The notes below the pieces were generated by a model. It saw only the letters and a program-made list of their open reading frames with translations. It was not told where the DNA came from and made no database searches. A DNA stretch of 64,000 nucleotides from Callorhinchus milii (taxonomy: Eukaryota). The DNA lies in the NCBI RefSeq assembly GCF_018977255.1, contig NW_024704743.1, positions 68,388,001 through 68,452,000 on the forward strand, in the 5' to 3' direction. The position numbers and the translations under genes were made by a program. Of the stretch, positions 13,969 through 26,215 are shown one piece after another. Each line of letters begins with the position of its first letter. Within the stretch, counting starts at the first letter, position 1.

Positions 13969-15843
13969 AAAAGAAATCTTCCATTTCCTCCTTTTCCATA
14001 ACAGTCAGCCACATCAGTTTATTACTTCCTCAAAGCTTACAGAGCTTGCTATTGTGTCATAAAGACAGACCATCTGTGTAGTCAAGAGGTTTCACAAAAT
14101 CCATCTGGATGAAGAAAGCCCTTTGGTTCATCCGATTTCATCCCAACAGAACACCCTCTGTATCACCATCACCACATCAAACCATTTTTTAAATGAGTCG
14201 AGCATCCTGGTCTCTACCACCTTTCTTAGCAACATGTACCAGGTTTTGCTTACTCTCTGTGTAAAGAAAAACTTCCCGATACCTGTCCTGATTTACCCTT
14301 TACAACTCTAAACCTCTGACCCCTTATCACAATGTTGAAGCTGACACTTCAATGCAGTGTTGGGAGGGGGGGGGGGTTGCATTATCGGAGGTGTCATCCT
14401 TCAGGTGAGACGTTAAACCAAGATCCTGTCTGCTATGCTATTGAGGTGGAGGTTAAAAATCCCATGACACTATTCGAAAGGAAAAGGGAGTTTATCCTAG
14501 TGTCCTGGCCAACAATTCCGCAAATAAAACTGGTTAACAGTATATTCTGTGAAACGCTTTGAGACGTCTCACAATGTGATCAAGCTTTATATCAAATGCA
14601 AGGATTATTATTGTTGTTCTTACCGTCATGATGCATCCTAAAATATTCATCTGGGTTTTATTTTTTAATCCCATTTAAAATGTTATACACTGCTCAAGAC
14701 TGAAGGGCCCTTGCTTACCTGATCGTTGCACATAGCTCATACTTCTAACCTGGGATCATCCTTTGCATTGCCTTTAGGGTGTAGGCATCTTGCTTAATAT
14801 CACGGTGACTGACAAATATTGCATAAAAGAGGAGGTAATTTCTCCTTGTGTCCTGGCCAACAGTTCCTCAAATAAAATTGATCATACACTTCATGGCTGT
14901 TTGTGGAACATTATTGGGCACAATTGGCTCTAACTTCACCTACAAGTATACAGTCACAACACTTTTGAATAAAATCCTGTGAAGCAATTGATGTGATGCT
15001 CTATTGAATGCAAGGATTAATAATTATTAACTGAGAGAATGAACTTTAGATAAAAAAAGTGCAAATATGAAAGAGGACAAGTCCACAGAACACTGGATGG
15101 GAGTGGTATGCAGGGGGAGAAATGTAAAACCTTTCAAAAGGAGAGAAAGCAGAACAGCTAAGACTGACTGAAATATGGTGGATAAAATAGTTTACTGCAG
15201 AGAAACAGTTACCATAAAACCATAGAAATATAGAGCACACAAAGCCATGCAACCCACTGTGTCTGTGCCATCTCCCTCAAGAGCAATTCTTTCAGTCCCA
15301 CTTACTTGCCCTTTACACTTACACCTCTTTTTAAGGTCTATTGGAGAACTGATCAATTTCAAGATCCTCACTTCATGTCCCAGCATCTTCCACTCTCTAA
15401 CATGCTTACACCCCGCTCCTCTACCCGCTCCCTCCGCACAGCTGACCCCAGCCTCTGCCTCCTTTCGTCCCTCCACTCCACTGTCAGCGGCCGTGCTTTG
15501 AGCCACAGCCTCAAACTATGAACTTCTGCTTCAATCCCTCCACCTTGCTCCCTCTCCTGTTCATTTTTAAATCACACCCGAAGACTTTCCTCTTCAACCA
15601 ATTGACTGATGCTTTTTGCCCACAAGATATACAGTGAAGCGCTTTGAGACATCTCAGAAATGTGAAAAGATGCTATATCAAATGCAAGGATTATTATTAA
15701 TATATATATAAAAAACTTTGTTTGACAGTCTGTCACTGAGAGAAAAATATAGATTTCCTGGAAGAATTTAAAGGTTGCAGGATCCAGGCTGAGATGCCCT
15801 GTAAATACTGTGAGCCAGTGAACAAACTGTGCACATCTCTCAC

Positions 15844-15857
15844 CTGGAAGCACTCAT
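15844..15857 (-). CDS. rdh12l: Probable first coding exon of RDH12-like gene (M-S-A-S-S)
   Basis: Minus strand reads ATG AGT GCT TCC AG|gtgaga. The phase-2 donor matches the phase-2 acceptor at 10914, and it lies beside a CCAAT/ETS cluster. Confidence 0.6.
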
Positions 15858-15949
15858 ATCTGCAGAGAGTGGAGTGGTGTGAGTGCTAGAATTCAGGAGC
15901 CCCAAGTTTCTTGTCGCTCTCTCGCTCTCTCTCACTCTTGATCCTTGCT

Positions 15950-16170
15950 CTCTAGTGACGGAAACTCACACGACTTAAGGCATAACTGCCTCCAAACCAA
16001 TCAGCTCCACTCCCCACTGACACTTCCTGCATTTTATCCAACCCAGCAGCTGGCAGTCAGAGGCTGGGCTGGTATATTCAGTGTGTGTGTGAATGTGTGC
16101 TGGTTTCAGAGCAGTGGCTCAACTCAGTGCATTGAACCTGGGGTCTGCTGCAGCCGCGACCATTGGCTGC
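15950..16170 (-). promoter_or_regulatory. Candidate promoter of the RDH12-like gene
   Basis: AACCAATCAG (NF-Y consensus, CCAAT 15997-16001), ETS-like CACTTCCTG at 16021 and ATTGG at 16162-16166, in non-repeat sequence just upstream of the candidate ATG. Confidence 0.5.
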
Positions 16171-17268
16171 TTCTCACCTCATTACTTCACTGCAAGCCTT
16201 TGTTACACATGTCACAAAGTCTCACCATGTTACCAACACACGCGCTGTCACGCACAACACCCACACATGGTCAACACCATCTATACACTCACTGTCACCA
16301 ACGTCTGCACATTAGTTGTGTAGCCATGCCCTGGGAAGAAGACAAAGAAGGCAATTCTGGCCAGAGCTACATATTCCAGAACTAAAAATCTGTACTGCAA
16401 TATGACCTGGGCTGCACACATTTAACATGGTTATGATTATTAATATTTACATTTGGTATAGTGGTGCAATACTGCTCTGGCCAAAGATGTGTATTACAAC
16501 ATTTTACAAGACATACTTTACATATAAATGAGATACAGTCCTGTGTATAGTGTCTTGGCTGCAGATATATCCTGAATTCAAAAACATTATATGGTCCTGA
16601 TCGCAGATCTCCAGGGAACGACTTGTCATTCAGCTTATTTTCCTAGCTGTAGAAAGAGAAAATATCCTCATACCGTAAAATTTATATTTTACAAGACAAC
16701 AATACAATATACATTTACTTTACAGCAAAGAACCCTCTCCTCTGGCCTCCTGCGTGTTCCTTGCACTCTCCGTTCCACCACCGGTGGCTGGACTTTCAGC
16801 CACTATGCCCCAAAACTGTGGAACACTCAACAACAACAGTAACATTACATTTGTATAGCACCTTTCACGTCAGGAGGACGACCCAAGGCGCTGACTCTCT
16901 TCCTCTATCCCTCCTCCTTACCCCTACCTTCCCATCTTCAGATCGTGCCTGAAGACCTTCCTCTTCGACTGTGCCAACAGTCACCTTCCCCCTCCCTTCG
17001 CCATTGTCAAGTGCTGTGGGATGTTATCCTACATGATGGCGCTATATAAATGCAAGTTGTTGTCGTTGGTTGAAAGGTTTCCTTTTTATTTTTTCTTCCC
17101 CTTTAAAAATCCATAAAAGCATGAATCGTTATATCAAATGTAAGGATTATAATAATATAATAATAATCCTTGTATTTGATTTAGCGCCTTATCATGTCAT
17201 TGAGACGTCTCAAAGGGCTTCACAGAATATACTGTAAAGTGAATTTTGTATATTTTGTGGGCGAAACA

Positions 17269-17550
17269 TTGAGTCCTGTTGTGTATAGGTTAGAGCGCTC
17301 ACCTCATAAGATAGAGGACCTAGGTTCGATTCCCAAGCAGGGTGAAACATTAGGCGAGCATCCTTACTCCACAAATCTTTGTTTATCTAGCAGTAAGTAG
17401 GAACCCAGTTGTTAGTCAATTGGCGGATCCCTTTTCTGGCGGTAATATTCCCTCCTAAAGTAAATGATTCAATAAATAATTATATAATAATTTGGTCACT
17501 AAATCCATGACTGTTTGTAGGACACTGCTGTGCACAATTGGCTGCCGCAG
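17269..17550 (+). mobile_element. tRNA-derived SINE, long form, 3'-truncated
   Basis: gagtcctgt...ggttagagc...ggttcgattcc head, tgtttatctagcagtaagtaggaaccc segment and Deu segment. Confidence 0.8.
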
Positions 17551-19269
17551 TTTTTTTGTAAAGGTGGATGACTGTATTTTCTAAGTGTATTGTGTAAATG
17601 CATAATATGGACCTAAATTTCTGAGATTAAGTGGTTAAAAACAAAGTTAAATGTTTACGACTAACAACAGGCATTTCTATCGCAACAGTCACCTATAGGA
17701 GTAGCACAAAGCTCTTGAGAAATCTTTATTGGTTTATACTGAACAAGGAACTGAGATATTTTAAAAAGTTGATGAAAGGCATGATCGAAAATATTTTTTT
17801 TGGGGGGGTGGGGTGTTAAGTTAAGAAGGAGAGGTAGTAAGAGAAAGAGGCAGTAAGCGATTTTGAATGTTTTTCAGTCGGGAATAGTGGCTGAAGGTTC
17901 AGCCAACGATGGTGGTGTGAAGTAAGTGAGGAGTGAGCAATAAGCCAGTCAAAAGAGCAGACAGTATGAGCTGGAATGTGTACCGTGATTTGAACTGAAT
18001 TTAAAACCAGATCGAAACACACTACATTTGCTGTTTTCCATAAAAATTAGATGCAATCTATAAAGCTTTATTGTGCACCTCATCCAAGAATGTGCCAAGT
18101 CAGTATTGCATAACGTAGGCAGATATAAGGATTAAAACTCCAGAAGCTAAAATACTATGAGACTGTTTATCTTTATATTTTTTTATTTACAGAAAACAAA
18201 TAGCTTTGTAGCACCTTAATGTGTCAAAACACTTCAAACACCTCAAAGAGTTTCCCAAGTAATTACTATCAACTTTAGCTCCTATTTTGAAGCAGGTGGG
18301 ACTTGACTTTTAACCTCTCATCTGAAATTTCACACCTCTGACAATGCAGTACTCCACCAATACTGTGAGAATATAATAATAATAATAATTCTTGCATTTG
18401 ATATAGCACCTGATCACGTCTTTGAGACATCCCAAAGCGCTTCACAGAATATATGGTAAAGTGAATTGACTGTATATTTGTGGGAAAATCATGGAAGCCA
18501 ATTGCGCACAGCAGTGTCCCAAAAATAGTCGTGGATTGAGTGACCAAATGATTATTGTTATTATATTTGCAAACTCAACAGCCAAGTTTGCATACTGCAA
18601 TGTCCCACAAAATAGCAGTGAAGTGAGTGAATAAACAAATACTAATTCTTGGATTTGATATAGTGCCTTAAGATGTCACAAAGTGCTTCACAAGATTTTA
18701 AAGTAAAGTGCAGTCTGTGTATTTGTAGGCAAACACAGCAGCTAATTAGCATACCGCAATGTCCAACAAATAGCAGTGAAGTGACTGACCAATTTGGACT
18801 GGAGAATTGCTGCCCACGACAGCAAGCAAAACTCCCTTCTCTTTTCGAACAGTGCTTTGAGATCTTTAATGTCCATCTGAACTAGCGTTGCTACCTCAGA
18901 CATGTAAGAAAACAGCCACTGGTGCCCGAGGAGGGCCAAGCGGGTGCCATCTTGGTAAAATCCTCATCCGCAATAGTGGTGAGGGGAGAGGGTGGCCATC
19001 TTAGTCAAGGCAAAGCGATCAGTGAATGGTCGGGGTAGGAGGGAGGTGGCAGACAACTTGGTAAAATTGTGACCTGCAATGGTGGTGAGGGTGGGGCAGC
19101 CATTTGGTAATGCATGGTGGGCAGGGGGAAGAGAGAGAAAGATATGCATGCATCCCACTATGATCACTGTAAAAAAAGCACATTAAATCTTTTCACCAGC
19201 ATCCGGCAAGTGTGTACAAACAAGAGCCTGTGGTAACTGTTAGTACAGGAGGGAGTTGGCGAGAGTGTG

Positions 19270-19535
19270 ACTCATATGCAGCTTTCTGTGGAGCAGTCCA
19301 TATAACACAAGATTATGAAAACATACTGATTGATGAAGAAGGGGATTACGGACAAAGGAGCTCGATAAGGAGGAAAACTAGTTTAGGGTGGTTTCAGCAA
19401 ACAGAAGCCACATAGGCTACTGGAAAAGTAATATCATGAGCAGATCATGAGTACACCAACTCTCTGTGTTGAAATACAACAGACACACAAAGGAAAGTTG
19501 AGCTCCACAGAATAAGAACTACAGGTCGCTGAGCC
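19270..19535 (+). pseudogene. Possible Myb/SANT-like ORF remnant of a Harbinger transposon
   Basis: DYENILIDEEGDYGQRSSIRRKTSLGW then ...HRIRTTGR, loosely like Myb_DNA-bind_5 proteins (VLFG...KRKAW...RKTGGG). Convergent with the transposase remnant at 20.3-21.5 kb. Confidence 0.35.
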
Positions 19536-20349
19536 GAGTGCTGATCATCAGGCAAGACTGCTTATCTGGTAGTATATTTCTGTTACATGTATCGTTGTTG
19601 CATTGTTGAATAAACTGTCTTTATTGTACAACTCTGTGTTCAGACCTTTATTTGTTAATGGTAAGGATCCAATCACGGTAAAAGGAACCCAGCAATAGCC
19701 CGAATCTGAACAGGCAGACACTCCATTTAACACCTCTTCCAAACGATACACCACCAGCAATGCAGCACTCCCCAGCATTGCGATCCTAGACTATGAGCTC
19801 AAAGTCCCCAAATAATAATAATCCTTGCATTTGATATAGAGCTTTATCACGTCTTCGAGACGTCTCAAAGCACTTCACAGAACATACTGTAAAGTGGATT
19901 GACTGTATATTTTGTGGGCGAAACTAAGTCTTGAACCCACAACTTTCTGACTCAGAGGCATCAGTGTTATTGTCTTAGCCAGTGTCTGTCTGTTCAAGTG
20001 GATGTACAAAATAAGAATTCCTCATCCACTTCATGGCTGTTTGTGGGATATTGCTATCTACAAATTGGCTGCCACATTCACCTACAAAATGCACAGTCAC
20101 TAAATAGTAAATCCTCTGGAGCACTTGGAGAGGTCCTCCAGACGTGAAAGGCGCTATAGCAAATGTAAGGATTATTATCATTATTATTGGGCTGTGAGGT
20201 TGTGTTCTAAATGCAAGTTGAACTCACAGCCTTCCGTCCCAGAGGCAAGAATGCTCCTAAAGCTAATGATTATACACCAAGCTGCAAAGTGCTGCATGGC
20301 AGGAAATTAATGTATAGACTAGCTCCTCTAGAAGCAATATTTCACTGCT

Positions 20350-21520
20350 GTCTTTGTTCTCAAACAGTGCTGTATGTTAAAGATGTCATTGAGCCACATT
20401 CCACTTAGCTGCAGGACATTGATGTGCATGGCCTCCCTCAGTGATCATATAGTGGTGTATAACTTGTGAGTCATAAGAAGATTTATAAATCATGAATCCT
20501 ACAGCCATGCAGATGTGCTGACGGCTGATCCTCTGAAACTCTGCTCGGACACCTATTGATGCTGATCTCTTGTTGAGTGGAAGTAGCCTCCTTTAACCAC
20601 TTCCAGCTTCGCAGAGATCAGAACGGAGATCTGTATCCAATGAGAGTTCCAAAGAGCTGGCCTCTGACACACACAAGGATATCTGTGGAGTCCTGTAGCT
20701 CAGTGGTTAGAGCATTCGCTTTGCAAGCGAGAGACCTGAGTTCAATTCCAGGCAGAGGGCGAAATCTTGGGCAAGTTTCCTTACTCCACACGCCTAATAA
20801 TAATCCCTCCAAAAACAATAATAAATTGGTCATTTTCAATCTACGACTGTTTGTGGGACATTGCTGTGCGCAATTGGCTGCCGCGTTCGCCCACAAATAT
20901 ACAGTCAATTCACTTTACAGTGTGTTCTGTGAAGCACTTTGGGACGTCCTCTCGACGTGAAAAGCACTATATCAAATGCAAGGATTATTATTATTATTAT
21001 TATTATTATATCTGCAGGATTTGCTGTTTACAAATCCTCTTGAAAATTAAACCCCATTGAGCACATAGTTAACAATTAGAATCTTTTCTGTTGAGATATA
21101 CCATAGACTTCCTGGTGGATGCTCAAATGACTGCATATGTGCAGTTTGTAATTCCTGGCACTGCCCGGTGTCCAGTTAAATATACAGACATATTGCTGAT
21201 GCTACATATCTTCGTGTTGACTTGGCATAGATGAATATATTGTGAAGCCTTTTTGTACAGGGCATCAGTCATCCTAGTCATACAGTGGGATATGATGACC
21301 TGGATCACTCCACATGGATCCCACTTGGGTTCCTGGAAAAAATCCTTGGACTGTCATTGATGTGGCTGTATTTGGTTCCCATGAGCCTCTTCACAAACTA
21401 CACGGCTGTGGATTGAAGGTAGATGAAGAACGAAAAAAAGCCAAATTTCAGAAAGGCCAGTAATTCAAGGCAATACTGCCATGTTTAATAGCTGCTTTGA
21501 GAAGGAAAGTGTATAAAACA
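20350..21520 (-). mobile_element. Decayed PIF/Harbinger transposase (DDE_Tnp_4/HARBI1-like), split by a SINE
   Basis: GFFQEPKWDPCGVIQVIISHCMTRMTDALYKKASQYIHL...GHRAVPGITNCTYAVI*AS..MVYLNRK matches the family motifs GSFQ..GD..GISQ..SRC...VT.AL...ASQFI.FP / G.P.V.G..DC.HV.I.AP / YVNRK. After the SINE it reads GTLIGY..LRSW..TQQEISINR. Confidence 0.8.
20686..21007 (+). mobile_element. Young tRNA(Ala-TGC-like)-derived SINE, short form, with 7-bp TSD
   Basis: A box TAGCTCAGTGG, B box GTTCAATTCC, anticodon-like loop ttTGCaa, L2-like tail, (ATT)n; ATATCTG is duplicated at 20679-20685 and 21008-21014. Confidence 0.95.
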
Positions 21521-22155
21521 GCAGGAAAGTTTAAGGAGGCAACGGACCTTGAACCCAACCCCTATCCTCCCCTTTCCCCCCCACCGTCTTTAGGACTAAA
21601 TGGAAAAATGTGATTTTTTTGGACAGATTCAGTTACGATCAGTTATAAAACATTCCTTTTTATCTCAGTGTATTTTCAAAGTTAAACAATTCTGTAATTT
21701 TTGGTTCAAATACTAGAATGATAGAAACAGAGAAATTTGCAGCACAGAAGGAAGCCATTCGGCTCATCGAGCCCACACCAGCTCTCAGAGCAAGCTGTCC
21801 ATTCAATTCCCTGCTCTCCCCTAACCTTATTGCCTTCATATACCTGTTTACTTCCCTTTTGAAATCCTGGAAATTCAAGGATTATTCTTGTAAAAATGGA
21901 TGACAAAAGCTTTCACCTAAACTACATGACTTCAAAGTCCCGGTGTGAGGCATGAACTCACAATCTACTAACTTAGAGGCGAGAGTCCTTCCGACTGAGC
22001 AAGGCTAATACTTAAATTTAATGACATTTTGCCCACAAATCAGTCACTACATTTAACAGAAATTTGTGAAATGTTTTGACACATTCTAAATGTTTTGTGT
22101 GCTATATCAAATGCAAGGATTATTATCCTTGCATTTGATCCAGCACCTATATTTG

Positions 22156-22453
22156 TGGGGTCCTGTAGCTCAATGGTTAGGGCCTTGCAATCGAGACACC
22201 TGGGTTCAATTCCAGGCAGGGCAAGTTTCCTTACTCCACACGCCTAATAACAATCCCTCCAAAAAAAAAACAATAATAAATTGGTCATTTTCCATCCGCG
22301 ACTGTTTGTGGGACACTGCTGTGCGCAATTAGCTGCCACGTTTCGCCCAAAAATATACAGTCAATTCACTTTACAGTATATTCTGTGAAGTACTTTCAGA
22401 CGTCTGGAAGACTTGAAAAGTGCTATATCAAATGCAAGGATTATTATTATTAT
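22156..22453 (+). mobile_element. tRNA-derived SINE, short form
   Basis: Same structure as 20686-21007 with small head deletions. Confidence 0.9.
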
Positions 22454-23423
22454 CCTTATTTCTTATAGTATGTTTGCCTTGGTGAAACTTTGGTCACACT
22501 ATTCCATTGGCATTATTTGAGGTGATTTTACATCAAAAGATTTTTAAGAGAAAGCAGAATTTGAATTTTAGAATAATATCTCAAGATGCTGAAAAAGTTC
22601 TTTCTCACGAAAATCGTCAGCACATGTAAACCGATCAAATATAAGTAGATGAATAGAAAGTGTCAATTTTAAAAAGAAAGCAATTTCACATGATATTTGA
22701 CAATGTCAATAAGTAAATCATTTAAGAAATAATAAATAAATAATCCACAAATAAAATTGGTCATTCATTTTATGGCTGTTCATTAGCTAGTGCTGTGCAC
22801 AAATTGACTGTTTCAGTTGCCCACAAAAACATACTGTAGTATATCCAAATGTTATTCTTTGCAAGAGATCAATGGAGACAGATAAATTAAATGGCTGATT
22901 CCATTACAAGATTTTCCTAGGGGTTATCTGGATGATACAATTCAAAAGGAAAATTAGGGAACATACGTTGGCATCACATTAAGATTAAGTAATATGTTAA
23001 AAACAGGATCAGACCCCTGAAATTTTACCTAGTTGTAGCATGTAAAATCAGAAAACATTCTTAAACCCAATCTTAAATTTGGAAGCCAGTATTCGTCAAT
23101 TCATAAAAAGAAAAAATTGTTTTACAAACTAACACGAGGTGAAATCTAAGCTCCTAGCCTATTGATCACTTCATCAAATCTCAGCATTGGTTTGACCATT
23201 TCTCAAAGCATTGAATCAAATTAAGCAATAAAATTGCTTAATTTATACAATTTAATCTAGTGTTAAAATTCGACAATGGACACTCATGTTTAAATGCTCC
23301 CCAATACATCTTATATTTTTACAGCAGGTGGCAGCATTTCTTACATAATACATCTACTGTATTTGTACATTCAGAATTTTGAAACAAATCTTGCATGGCT
23401 TTGATTGATTGAACTGTGTTCTA

Positions 23424-25685
23424 CAATCCCTAACCGCTGCCTTGGAGTCCTCTGAACTCCTCTCCCTCTGGCCTTCAACCCTCACTGACCCCTCTTCTCC
23501 TCTCACCCTCCTCCACAACACCCTCTCCTCTACACTCGACACTCTTGCCCCCATCACCTCCCGTACTGTCTCCTACTCTCACTCCTCCCCCTGGTTCACC
23601 ACCCACCTCCGCTCACTGAAGAGCCAGGTGCGGGCCGCTGAACGCACCTGCCTCAAATCTGGCCTAACGGTTCACAGACAAACCTGGCTGGACCGCCTCA
23701 AAATCTACCGCTCCACTCTAGCCTCGGCCAAGTCGTCCTTCTACTCCAGGATAATCCTGGAGGCGAAGAACAACCCCAGGCTACTGTTTTCTACCACATC
23801 CCGACTCCTCCATCCCCCCCGCAGGTTATCTCCTCCAACCTTCACTGCGAGGAGATGCTGATTTCCTTGAATCCAAAATCAAGGGAATTCGCTCCGCGGT
23901 CACTTCCCCTCCAACATCCACCCACCCCCACCCCTTCCCTCCCACACTCCGACTCCTACCCATCCTCCCCTACACACTTTCGTACCCGTTTCCCCACCCT
24001 CTGTCACCAAACTCATCCTCTCCCTGAAACCACCACCTGCTCCCTTGACCCCATCCCCACTCCACTCCTTATCTCCCAGCTCCACCTCCTTGCCCCACAT
24101 ATCACAGACATCGTCAACCTGTCCCTCTCCTCTGGCTCTGTTCCCATTCCCTTAAAAACTGCCACCATCACTCCCACCTTGAAAAAACCCTCCCTTGATG
24201 CGTCGCAGCTATCAAGCTACCGGCCCATCTCCAACCTCCCCTTCCTGTCCAAGGTCCTGCAACGAGTTGTCGCCTCCCAACTGCGCTCTTTCCTCTCCAC
24301 CTATTCGAACCCCTTCAGTCGGGTTTCCGTGCTGCCCATAGCACAGAAACTGCCCTGGTCAAGGTCACCAATGACATCCTGACCATCTGTGACCAGGGCT
24401 CCCTCTGCCTCCTCGTCCTCCTCGACCTATCGGCAGCATTCGATACGGTCGACCACGCTATCCTCCTCCACCGCTTGTCCTCCCACCTCAACCTTCAAGG
24501 CACTGTCCTTGAGTGGTTTAGGTCGTACCTCTCCCACCGTCTTCACTATGTTTCCACGAATGGCTTTTCCTCCAGCCCCCGCACTGTCTCGTGTGGTGTC
24601 CCTCAGGGCTCTGTCCTCGGTCCCCTCCTCTTCACCCTCTATATGCTCCCCCTGTGGTGACATCATCCGCAGACATGGGGTTAACTTCCACATGTATGCG
24701 GATGACACCCAACTCTACCTTTCCTCCTCTACCCTCAACTCCACGACCACCGATGTCCTGACAGCTGCCTGTCTGACATCGAGTCCTGGACGAGAGACAA
24801 CTTTCTTCAGCTCAACGTGCGCAAAACTGAGGCCCTCCTGATTGGCTCACGTCAGCGCCTCCGCACCTCAGGCGCTGACACCATCAGCATCCAAGGCTGC
24901 ACTCTCCACCTCTCAAAACCAGTCAGGAACCTCGGTGTTCTGTTCGACCCTGAGCTGTCCTTTCTCCCTCATATCCGCGCCATAACTGGCACTGCCTTCC
25001 ATCACCTCCGGAATATTGTCAGACTACGGCACTACCTCACCCCTCACGCTGCTGAAACCCTGGTCCACGCCTTTATCACCTCAAGGCTGGACTATGGGAA
25101 CTCTCTCCTCGCCGGCCTTCCCGCCACCTCCCTCCACACTGCAGGTCATTCAGAACTCTGCAGCTCGTGTACTGTCCCGCACCAGGCTTCGCGACCACAT
25201 CACTCCCACCCTCGCTCGCCTCCACTGGCTCCCCATCCCTCAGAGGATCGAATTCAAGATCCTCATCCTCACCTACAAGGCCATTCACGGCCTCGCTCCC
25301 TCCTACCTCTCCGACCTACTATCCTCCTATCTACCTGCCCGTACCCTCCGTTCCTCTGGCTCCGGTCTGCTCCACATCCCCCGCCCCAACCGCCCTACCA
25401 TCGGTGGCCGGGCCTTCAGCCTCTCAGCCCCGAGGCTCTGGAACTCTATCCCCCAGTGCCTTCGCCGCTTCCTCCCTTTCCTCCTTCAAGGCCGGTCTCA
25501 AGACCTTTCTCTTTGACCGTGCCTTCAGCTCCCCTCTCGACTCTCTTCCCCCTCCTCGCTCCCTCCCTTCCCTCCCCTCACCCTGACCATTTCCCCCCTG
25601 CTCGGGTCCTGACCCAACAGTCCAGCGCCTTGGGACGTCCTCCTGACGTGAAAGGCGCTCTATAAATGGAATCTTGTTGTTGCTG
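23424..25685 (+). mobile_element. Young 5'-truncated L2 LINE (frameshifted ORF2 RT)
   Basis: [35 protein letters not shown] and LHWLPIPQRIEFKIL in shifting frames; L2 3' hairpin and (TTG)n tail. Confidence 0.95.
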
Positions 25686-25804
25686 TAATTTTTTTATTGC
25701 AGTTTTTAGGTTCCTATTTGTCTTAAAAATAATAATACATTTTTAAAATTCTTGGGAACAATTTGGTAATAATAAATGTTTACGATTTACAATTACGTAC
25801 TGTT

Positions 25805-26215
25805 CATGACAGACCAGCTTGATCCGTAGGCAGAACTTGGAGAAGCAAACCAGTCACTGAGCCTGAGATTCTTCCCACTCAGTTCCTATTATTCCTTCAA
25901 GCTAAAGCCCTACTCGATAGGATGGTTCTAACTGGACAAGCAGCGGGAAGGAAGTTTACCAATGTTTGGAATGGGTTTCAAATGGTTAATCTCTAGTGGT
26001 ACCTAAATTCATGCTCAGGGTCCCCAAACATTGGCTATGGCCAATCTAATGTCACCGAGTTAGGTAAAATGGGGTTTGTCCCTCAGGGGAGAGAGAGCAC
26101 AATCCATACCAAACAATTGGAAATTTCCATACATATACTGCACTCCCAGTAGATTGGTTTGGATAGTCTTAAGGATGGTGATGAGATTCTGTTATATGTG
26201 AAACATCCAGCTGTG
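25805..26215 (+). repeat. Family X repeat, diverged 5'-truncated copy
   Basis: cccactcagttcctatta...ctggacaagcagcgggaag...ggatagtcttaaggatggtgatg...ccagctg. Confidence 0.75.

Noticed and set aside
14620..14740. Alternative ATG-containing first exons with gtaag donors (~14623, ~14718)
   Set aside because: The nearest ATGs give phase 0 or 1, incompatible with the phase-2 acceptor at 10914.
15945..16385. 146-aa plus-strand ORF
   Set aside because: Non-ATG start, no recognisable homology, and it overlaps the candidate promoter.
20686..20760. tRNA-Ala(TGC) gene (also at ~29000, 60994, 61904)
   Set aside because: These are SINE heads: each continues into the SINE body and tail, with no proper acceptor stem or poly-T terminator.
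23409..25665. Active L2 ORF2
   Set aside because: 5'-truncated (no endonuclease) with multiple frameshifts; the 48-50.7 kb copy also has stops.
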